A stretch of 55,170 bases of DNA from a virus: the IMG/VR virus record IMGVR_UViG_3300045988_134649; one strand, given 5' to 3'. Within the stretch, counting starts at the first letter, position 1, and the number at the start of each line of letters is the position of its first letter. This document shows positions 46,855-53,020 of this stretch, piece by piece. Below the pieces are notes generated by a model. It was not told the DNA's origin and did not search any database. It saw only the letters and a list, made by a program, of their open reading frames with translations. Position numbers and translations under genes: made by a program.

Positions 46855-47675
46855 TACTCTAATCCAAAGATTTTTTTATCAGCAATAATGTCTCGGTTTG
46901 CTTCCAAAAACTCTATGAAATGCTCGCAGTGTGCCGTAAGCAGCTTAATCGTCTGTTCATGGTTATAAGTGTAGTATTCCGGGTATTGCGTTCCGCTAAT
47001 TAGTGGCGTCCGGCTGGTACCGCCCTTCATCTGATAGGCAGTGTACTCAAACGCTTTCACGCTTTCCATCTGACCGGAAGCAATCAGACAGTAAGGATAT
47101 ACATGGCGCTGCCAGCCGTGTTCATACTTGCCAAAATCATACTTAGATGTCGTCTTGATATCATATACAGTATCACGAACGAGCTCATCTATATACCCAT
47201 AAAGCTCCACATCACCATAGCGAGTGGGAATGACTGCGGACACAAAGACTTGGGACAATGCACCGGAAAAATACTTCGACTGCTCTATACACCAGCTACG
47301 GTCAAATAAGAAATTACGCTCTGGCGCGATATCAGTAGCAGGAAAATATACCTGAATGGTATTCGTTTCTCCATCACCGATAATGGTGTATGGCTCCCGT
47401 TCGCTTGGTATATGCTTTTTCTTGTGGATATAGCAGTCTATGACAGCATTAAAGGCCGTTCCTTTATCAGCTGCCTCACTCTCAAACGGGACACGGTTTA
47501 TCGCATCAAGTAGGCTTTGCTTCAGCTCCGCTTCAATTACTTCCGGACTTTTCTTATATTCCCCCGTTTCATTATCGACATTCCAGAAGCTCTCTACTTG
47601 TTCATCAGCCCGTAAATACTGCTCGAATTTATCAAGCAGTGACGGGTAGAATCTGTATTTAGGCTGCTGGTTCAT
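46854..47675 (-). CDS. PD-(D/E)XK-type exonuclease (Cas4/RecB-like fold candidate)
   Basis: GYIDELVRDTVYDIKTTSK gives a D...D-x-K arrangement. Neighbours are recombination genes. Confidence 0.5.
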   Translation of the reverse strand: MNQQPKYRFYPSLLDKFEQYLRADEQVESFWNVDNETGEYKKSPEVIEAELKQSLLDAINRVPFESEAADKGTAFNAVIDCYIHKKKHIPSEREPYTIIGDGETNTIQVYFPATDIAPERNFLFDRSWCIEQSKYFSGALSQVFVSAVIPTRYGDVELYGYIDELVRDTVYDIKTTSKYDFGKYEHGWQRHVYPYCLIASGQMESVKAFEYTAYQMKGGTSRTPLISGTQYPEYYTYNHEQTIKLLTAHCEHFIEFLEANRDIIADKKIFGLE

Positions 47676-48597
47676 ACCTTTTGCTGAGTTTGTTAAACTT
47701 CAAGCCAAGTCTCTTGCACTTCTCATTGAGCATCATGCCTGCCCGTACCTTGCTGTCAAAGATATGCGTCATGGTGTCTAAAGCTTCCCGAACAGAATTG
47801 GCAGATTGTGTATCAGTCACTTGTTCCACTGCGTCACGGATAGCATCAAGAACTGCATCATATTCGGAAGATAGTTCCGTCTGCTTCGTCTGATACTCCT
47901 TATAAGTACTGATGATTTTCGTCATGAAATCATTCTCACCCGTTACGGTACCGGACTCATCAATGATAACGGGTATCTTGATACGAGAAGGAAGATTACA
48001 AGTATTCTTCCCGTAGAACTTCTCGCACGGGTCAAAAGAAATAGTTCTATCTTTACCGATAGCTTCCATGTAACCAACCAAATCCAACTCCTTAATCAAA
48101 TCACCGGCAGATGAGCCACCAATCTCCGGACGTATCTGTTTTTCGTCGCCTACTTTCTCCTCCCGTTCATGAGCCACGAAGATAACAGACTTGCCCATGA
48201 GGGTTACTTGGTTAACGAAGTTGATGAACATGTTCTTACGTACTCCGTAGCCTTGCAAAGAAAGGGTACCATCCGCTTTCTTCATCTTCGGATTCGCTGC
48301 CATAATCGCCTTATCCATAAAAGAAAGCATCTTTCCGGCAGTATCAATCACAATAGTGGAAAACTCCTTGATTTCTTCGGACGAAAGTACCTGGTTCGTC
48401 TCGTCCCAGCTTGTAATCTGGACGGTCGGTACACGATGGGCGGCATTGACACGGTGAATACCGCCGTCATAATCGAACAATACCGGATTGGGAGCCGATA
48501 ATGCAAGAGTTGTTTTTCCCATGCCAGGTTGGCCGTAAATCAGTGCTGACAAGGTAGTCTTAACGGTCAGCTCGTTAGGTCTTTTGATAAGTCCCAT
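47659..48597 (-). CDS. Sak4-like / AAA_24-type recombination ATPase
   Basis: Start at MGLIKRPNEL (ATG 48597). Walker A IYGQPGMGKTT. Walker B-like IVIDTAG. Confidence 0.65.
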   Translation of the reverse strand: MGLIKRPNELTVKTTLSALIYGQPGMGKTTLALSAPNPVLFDYDGGIHRVNAAHRVPTVQITSWDETNQVLSSEEIKEFSTIVIDTAGKMLSFMDKAIMAANPKMKKADGTLSLQGYGVRKNMFINFVNQVTLMGKSVIFVAHEREEKVGDEKQIRPEIGGSSAGDLIKELDLVGYMEAIGKDRTISFDPCEKFYGKNTCNLPSRIKIPVIIDESGTVTGENDFMTKIISTYKEYQTKQTELSSEYDAVLDAIRDAVEQVTDTQSANSVREALDTMTHIFDSKVRAGMMLNEKCKRLGLKFNKLSKRYEPAA

Positions 48598-48621
48598 AAT
48601 AGAAAATATTAAAGTGGTTAA

Positions 48622-48666
48622 TAAAAAAATAGCCAAAGGAAAGCCCCGAAGCGTATTCTCCGGGGC
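48622..48666 (-). terminator. Rho-independent terminator closing the tRNA-like cluster
   Basis: Minus strand: GCCCCG (48661-48666) / CGGGGC (48643-48648) followed by TTTCCTTTGGCTATTTTTTT. Confidence 0.6.
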
Positions 48667-48812
48667 GCAAACGACAAATACTCCTAATCCTATCCGATTT
48701 CGCATTACCTTTCAGATAGAGTCAACGGCTAACCGATGCCGCGCGGATGATTCCCTGCGCTATCTTCGCCCTACTCTCGGACTAAAAGCGGATTTTCTCT
48801 CATAAAGGCTTG

Positions 48813-48943
48813 TAGAAACGGATGGATTCGAACCACCGACCGCCGCTTGTGGTGCTCTCCCATTAAGCTAAGAATCTACTTGAGAGAATCGAACTCTCAA
48901 CCTTCCACCACACACGGTGCTCTATCCACTGAGCTACGTTCCC
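48813..48943 (-). ncRNA. 131-nt tRNA-like 'dumbbell' RNA (outer tRNA scaffold plus inner permuted tRNA-like domain)
   Basis: Hand fold:
- Acceptor GGGAACG/CGTTTCT (G1:U72 and G3:U70 wobbles), then A73.
- D arm GCTC-AGTGGATA-GAGC.
- 12-bp helix CCGTGTGTGGTG (48906-48917) / CACCACAAGCGG (48843-48854) replaces the anticodon arm.
- 51-nt insert containing TGAGAG-TTCGATT-CTCTCA and a D-arm-like AGCTTAATGGGAGAG.
- Variable loop CGGTC.
- T arm GGTGG-TTCGAAT-CCATC. Confidence 0.6.
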
Positions 48944-49037
48944 AGAATAGGTGAACTATTTTCACAAACCGTTCACCTTGAAACACAAACAAAAAATAAA
49001 ACACGACAAAACTACTAAATAACCCTCTCTTGGATTG

Positions 49038-49105
49038 TGGACGTTGACGGACTCGAACCGCCAATCTCCTCAAATGAGTTGTGTTAGCCATTACACCGAA
49101 CGCCC
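49038..49105 (-). tRNA. Compact 68-nt tRNA-like gene (non-canonical, candidate UUG loop, no variable loop)
   Basis: Acceptor GGGCGTT/AACGTCC (G3:U70) then A73. D arm GTGT-AATGGCTA-ACAC. T arm GGCGG-TTCGAGT-CCGTC. Only 18 nt lie between the D and T stems. The best anticodon hairpin is (A)ACTC-ATTTGAG-GAG(AT). Confidence 0.5.
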
Positions 49106-49196
49106 ATATTTGCCTACCATATCTTCACAGACCGGGCAGGCAGGTCAACAAAGTTGCTCCCGGATAGGCGGTCAAGCCACACCGGGATAGTCACTT

Positions 49197-49257
49197 AAAA
49201 CAAAAGCAAAATAAAAACTTAAATGAGGACTCTCACCTCACGTTGTCCTTTACAACG
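49197..49257 (-). terminator. Hairpins + U-run downstream of the 114-nt tRNA-like gene
   Basis: Minus strand: CGTTGT-aaagg-ACAACG, then TGAGG-TGAGAGT-CCTCA, followed by TTTAAGTTTTTATTTTGCTTTTGTTTT. Confidence 0.5.
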
Positions 49258-49286
49258 GAATTATAGATTAAACAATAAAAAGCTTG

Positions 49287-49400
49287 TGGACAATGCGGGA
49301 TTTGAACGCCGCGACCTGTACATGAAACCTTTAAACAATACCATGACAAATTACCAATACTAACTACATGTACCGCTCTACCAAGCTGAGCTAATTGCCC
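49287..49400 (-). tRNA. tRNA-Ala-like gene with a 42-nt AU-rich insertion in place of the anticodon loop
   Basis: Hand fold:
- Acceptor GGGCAAT/ATTGTCC (G3:U70), then A73.
- D arm GCTC-AGCTTGGTA-GAGC.
- 7-bp helix GTACATG (49367-49373) / CATGTAC (49318-49324) enclosing 49325-49366.
- Variable loop AGGTC.
- T arm GCGG(C)G-TTCAAAT-CCCGC with one bulged C. Confidence 0.6.
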
Positions 49401-49633
49401 GTGTCTGTCCCTGCTCTCACGAGTAGAGACAACTCCCATGTCTAATTCTAAATCAATCTAATTATGTGTGAAACACTTCCTCCGCTGAGGTCTATATCTT
49501 GAACACCTTTTTCAAGACATTGTGATAAAACCAATACGAATACACAAGGCCAAAAAGGTTTATACCATAATTCCAGTCTCCCGTTACCGAGTCTACATCA
49601 TTAAACATCAATAAACATGGTAGTGCCAATACG

Positions 49634-49933
49634 TTAAGCAGTAGCACGTTTATAATGATTCTTCTTTTCATTGTTCTTTCCCTTTCTTACTTTTGCAAAG
49701 CTCAACACATCCGAAGCATTGTAATAGCTTCTCCCATTAGATTTATACTCAACTCTCACTCTTTGAGTATTTACCAACACTCTTAACCTGCCCGGACCTC
49801 CTACTATTTTTTCAGATTCTCTCTTTGGAAAAGTGCGAGAATCCATAATAGTGAGGATGTCTGCCAATCTCGCCTCCGCTGTCCCGTCAATCAACATGGA
49901 ACTGCGTAAATCACCATTCACTTCGTATATCAT
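49634..49933 (-). CDS. Hypothetical basic protein
   Basis: 99-aa ORF, last gene of a three-gene minus-strand unit upstream of the tRNA-like cluster. Confidence 0.45.
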   Translation of the reverse strand: MIYEVNGDLRSSMLIDGTAEARLADILTIMDSRTFPKRESEKIVGGPGRLRVLVNTQRVRVEYKSNGRSYYNASDVLSFAKVRKGKNNEKKNHYKRATA

Positions 49934-49937
49934 ACCG

Positions 49938-50318
49938 TTAAAAAATAAAGTCGTTATTATTCTTTCGGCCAGTCCTTATATATCGCATAGCTGTCCGTAC
50001 CCGTGATGGTATTCTCATTCTCCGTAAATCAATATCATTGCAAGTGACCTGCATCAATAAGAATAGAATGGAGAATAGGAATTCAAGCCCGTGTCTGCGT
50101 AATTCCTTCAAATCAAAATCACGCTTAAGCCTATCGCAAATCATATACAGAAGCAGTTCCGTATCTTTGGAAATACCCAACTTCCGGTATATCGTTCTTT
50201 TCTGGGTCTTGACAGTCCAAACCGATTTATTCAGATTGCCCGCCACCTCCTTGTCGGCAAGCCCCTTGCAGTACTCATTCGCGACAAGCAGTTCCGTAGG
50301 AGAAAGGGAAATCATCAT
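49938..50318 (-). CDS. LuxR/FixJ-type HTH regulator with hydrophobic C-terminal segment
   Basis: LSPTELLVANEYCKGLADKEVAGNLNKSVWTVKTQKRTIYRKLGI is a LuxR-type HTH. Followed by LEFLFSILFLLMQV. Confidence 0.7.
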   Translation of the reverse strand: MMISLSPTELLVANEYCKGLADKEVAGNLNKSVWTVKTQKRTIYRKLGISKDTELLLYMICDRLKRDFDLKELRRHGLEFLFSILFLLMQVTCNDIDLRRMRIPSRVRTAMRYIRTGRKNNNDFIF

Positions 50319-50527
50319 GCGACCCTTTCCACATCAAAAATACCTTTCCTCTTGTCAACCTCCCCTACTTTCCAGTCAGCATCCTCAACGCAGAACTCCA
50401 ATCTCAATCGGGGGATAATTGTCCCCTTTATGGAATTATACGCCTTAACCGGAAAAGTTAGAACTTCCCCTACCTCCATATCTCTCAAAGCCGGAGTGTA
50501 GTTTTCTGTGATTATTCGCTTTTTCAT
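50315..50527 (-). CDS. Hypothetical small protein
   Basis: 70-aa ORF with a 4-nt overlap to the LuxR-type gene. Confidence 0.45.
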   Translation of the reverse strand: MKKRIITENYTPALRDMEVGEVLTFPVKAYNSIKGTIIPRLRLEFCVEDADWKVGEVDKRKGIFDVERVA

Positions 50528-50646
50528 CGCTATAAAATTTTAATGATTAGTATTTGAGCTCTCCCGAGCCAATCTGATTGGCGGCATCACGCTTTATTCG
50601 GGAGATTTACTTAACTTTGTATTGCCACATTTAAAATTAAGTAAGT

Positions 50647-51006
50647 ATGGAGAATAAATTATTCAAAAGTCAAAGGCAAACCGTTGAAGAGCTTATCACA
50701 GAATATATCAATCTGTGCAACAAATACGATGAACTTGAATGTATTGGGTTGAAAGTTGAACTCAAATTCTTTAGTATAGATAATCTGTTACATTGGGCTC
50801 TTGATCTAATAGGGTTCCCACAAGATACAACTCTTGAAGCAGATGGAATAAACGGCAAATTCTTTTGTCGAGATTATCTTACTGACTCAACCTTATTAGA
50901 TGAAGAATCTGGAAGCAATACACATAATACTGTCGAGGAATATGTGGATTTTCTCTATAAAGAGTTTGAGACGTTGAAGGAAAAAGAGCCTCTGCTTTTT
51001 CAGTAA
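50647..51006 (+). CDS. Hypothetical acidic protein
   Basis: 119-aa ORF divergent from 50315..50527. Its 3' end overlaps the convergent ORF 50879..51139. Confidence 0.45.
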   Translation: MENKLFKSQRQTVEELITEYINLCNKYDELECIGLKVELKFFSIDNLLHWALDLIGFPQDTTLEADGINGKFFCRDYLTDSTLLDEESGSNTHNTVEEYVDFLYKEFETLKEKEPLLFQ

Positions 51007-51139
51007 GTTCTATTTGAGCCCCTTCTTTTGTTATTATTCGAGTTATTAGCCCAGCGTGGGTTAATAAATTCAGAATTTTTAGGGCTTTCTTTAAAGGAAG
51101 TCCTAATTCTTTAGATAAAATAGAATTTGAAGTTTTCAT
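50879..51139 (-). CDS. Small winged-HTH-like protein (3' extent uncertain)
   Basis: SILSKELGLPLKKALKILNLLTHAGLITRI looks like a wHTH. The ORF tail overlaps 50647..51006 by 128 nt. Confidence 0.4.
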   Translation of the reverse strand: MKTSNSILSKELGLPLKKALKILNLLTHAGLITRIITKEGAQIELTEKAEALFPSTSQTLYRENPHIPRQYYVYCFQILHLIRLSQ

Positions 51140-51143
51140 AAAC

Positions 51144-51374
51144 TTATTCTTTAGCTGTTCCGTTCATTATCCAATCATAAAACCTGTTTAGACTTTCTAA
51201 TGAAATTTGGTTCTCACTTTCTATCCATGTACTTCCCGAAAGGTACATGTTCTTAAGCAGTCCTTCAGAGGACAGCCTTTGCAACAAGGTTCTCCTTGTG
51301 GCTGCAATATGCGTAAATGCACTCTGTATCCTTTTCTCTGGAATATCTCTATACGAGAATAGAGTGTTGAGCAA
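51144..51374 (-). CDS. Hypothetical small protein
   Basis: 76-aa ORF immediately upstream of 50879..51139 on the same strand. Confidence 0.4.
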   Translation of the reverse strand: MLNTLFSYRDIPEKRIQSAFTHIAATRRTLLQRLSSEGLLKNMYLSGSTWIESENQISLESLNRFYDWIMNGTAKE

Positions 51375-51757
51375 TCAAGCTGTGCGCACCTATCGGGAAT
51401 ACCTAAGAAAATATCATAACGGGGAATTACCGCACGGTCAAGCTTACGTATATGAAAGCATACCAAAAAGAAAAATCTTCGTATTCTGTGAAGGATGTTC
51501 GTATGTTTCATTCCTGCTGTTTATCATCGTATTGGTTACATATACTATTGTAAGGAGTTTCTGTTAATTATTTCATGTTACGAAGTATCTTTTTAAAAAC
51601 CCTCCAACAAAAGTATAGCACAAAGGGGAACAGTACCATTTGAACAATAGTCTGTATCACATAATTTACAGACAAGGCATCAATCGCATACTCGATTGGT
51701 GAATCCTTAATGTAATCTATTATTTCATTCATATTCTCTCTATTTTCGATTAATATT

Positions 51758-52156
51758 CGTGCCCCGATAAGCTCTCTCTGCTCTTCCCACCGGAGTTATC
51801 AGCTACTGTACTTCGCTGCATGACCGTTCGGGGCATGTCGGCTTCTTATTTCGCACCGTTGCAAATCTTTCGCTCGTTCTGAACTTCCATTCAGACATCA
51901 TCGCAAATTCTTGCTACTCCGGGTATCTCTCGCGTCCTCTATGCTGGGATTGAGGGTAAGCGCCAGTATCGCTTTCTGGAACGGATTGCTTAGGGCAATC
52001 ACTCCATCTCGTTCTCCGTCTCCCATCAAAGGGTAGGCTCAATGACCGGACGGAGAATCTTTCAATTCGCCCATGCAAGGCTTTGCACGCCACTTGCGCA
52101 AGTATTCATGTTAAGCGTACAGCTATTCTGCATGGTATATGTAGCTGCCTTTTCTG
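51758..52156 (+). ncRNA. Candidate structured non-coding RNA (unclassified)
   Basis: No ORF of 60 aa or more is fully contained in 51568-52168; the only one touching it is 52042..52395 (+). Helices: 51758-51767/51828-51837 (10 bp), 51984-51989/51995-52000, 52011-52020/52049-52058 (10 bp), 52120-52125/52142-52147 followed by CCTTTTCT. The G:U pairs in the two 10-bp helices form only in a + strand transcript. Confidence 0.3.
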
Positions 52157-52168
52157 CGAATAATTATC

Positions 52169-52471
52169 TTAATCGCCTACGTAACGGGAACCGAAGGCCC
52201 CTTTGCTGTTCTGATTGTAGTAAGCTGAAGCTGGAGCGTTGCAGTAATCATAAGAACTTCTTCTTTCCGGTCGTACCAAAGCTGCTTTCATTACTTCTTT
52301 CTCAGCCTTTCTCGCTTCTTCATCAGCAACACGTTTCTTTTCGTCAGCCCAAGCGAGTTTCAAGCAATCACCGAAAGTCTGTACACCGTGAGTAAGCTGG
52401 TATAGCTTGAAATACTTTCTGTATATCTCGTGAGCCGCTTTCATAATCTTGTGTAAATCGTACTTTTTCAT
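52169..52471 (-). CDS. Hypothetical protein, first gene leftward of the switch region
   Basis: 100-aa ORF divergent from the cI-like gene. Confidence 0.5.
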   Translation of the reverse strand: MKKYDLHKIMKAAHEIYRKYFKLYQLTHGVQTFGDCLKLAWADEKKRVADEEARKAEKEVMKAALVRPERRSSYDYCNAPASAYYNQNSKGAFGSRYVGD

Positions 52472-52563
52472 TGTCTTACTCCTTTTTAGGTATTACTTTA
52501 ATTTTGCCAACTCAACTATTTTTCATTATTTTGTAGTCGTTGTTGACGTTGATGTTGCAAAGA

Positions 52564-52578
52564 TAGAAATAATTTCTA
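52564..52578. promoter_or_regulatory. Operator-like perfect palindrome TAGAAATaATTTCTA (copy 1)
   Basis: Perfect 7-1-7 palindrome in the divergent intergenic region. Confidence 0.6.
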
Positions 52579-52595
52579 ACACAAACGCCAATAAA

Positions 52596-52610
52596 TAGAA
52601 ATAATTTCTA
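52596..52610. promoter_or_regulatory. Operator-like perfect palindrome TAGAAATaATTTCTA (copy 2)
   Basis: Identical 15-mer 32 bp from copy 1 and 18 bp upstream of the 52628 start. Confidence 0.6.
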
Positions 52611-52627
52611 TTTTAATAATTATTAAT

Positions 52628-53020
52628 ATGAGTGTGAGGGATAGACTTCAAGAGTTTATAAGCTACAAAAATCTTACAAACAAAGGATTTGAGTCGCTAT
52701 GCGGGCTTGGGAATGGATTTGTTTCCAAGGTGGGAGATAGTATTAGAAAAGAGAAATTAGAATTAATTTCTAACACATTTCCTGAATTGAACATAGATTG
52801 GATTATTAACGAAAAAGGGAATATGCTGAAACCAGTGCAATGCGTTGGGGATATATCTAATAGTAATGTTTCAGGGGTAAATGTAAATGGTAGAGAAATA
52901 CATATCAACCCTAATGCGTATAACACTTTGCTCAAGATAGTAGAAAATAATCAGAAAACTACAGAGAAGTTCCAAGAACAAATTGATAGGCTTATATCCA
53001 TTATTGAAAACAAACTATGA
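52628..53020 (+). CDS. cI-like HTH repressor candidate
   Basis: RLQEFISYKNLTNKGFESLCGLGNGFVSKV...FPELNIDWIINEKGNML resembles Bacteroidota phage-repressor-type HTH proteins. Divergent from the early genes, with palindromes upstream. Confidence 0.6.
   Translation: MSVRDRLQEFISYKNLTNKGFESLCGLGNGFVSKVGDSIRKEKLELISNTFPELNIDWIINEKGNMLKPVQCVGDISNSNVSGVNVNGREIHINPNAYNTLLKIVENNQKTTEKFQEQIDRLISIIENKL

Noticed and set aside
48811-48944. Two ordinary back-to-back tRNA genes, suggested by two TTCGA T-loops and two D-arm-like GCT...AGC segments.
   Set aside because: Neither unit closes an acceptor stem on its own. The upstream unit has no 3' partner, and the downstream unit pairs at only 4 of 7 positions. 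Neither has a 5-bp/7-nt anticodon hairpin. The long-range pairings explain the sequence better, so I report it as one 131-nt composite.
48897-49439. ORFs 48897..49091 (-) and 49233..49439 (-).
   Set aside because: They lie over the tRNA-like genes and terminator hairpins. Their translations are implausible and they have no coding context.
51221-51732. ORFs 51247..51567 (+) and 51221..51511 (-), plus a minus-strand mini-ORF of about 47-55 aa ending near 51570-51592 and starting at 51732.
   Set aside because: They mutually overlap, and the first two also overlap 51144..51374. None has a motif, and I could not fix the frame of the mini-ORF with confidence. The region is left unannotated rather than guessed.
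52042-52395. + strand 117-aa ORF.
   Set aside because: It starts inside the structured non-coding stretch and runs antisense through most of 52169..52471. Its translation is Cys/Leu/Ser-rich with no motif.
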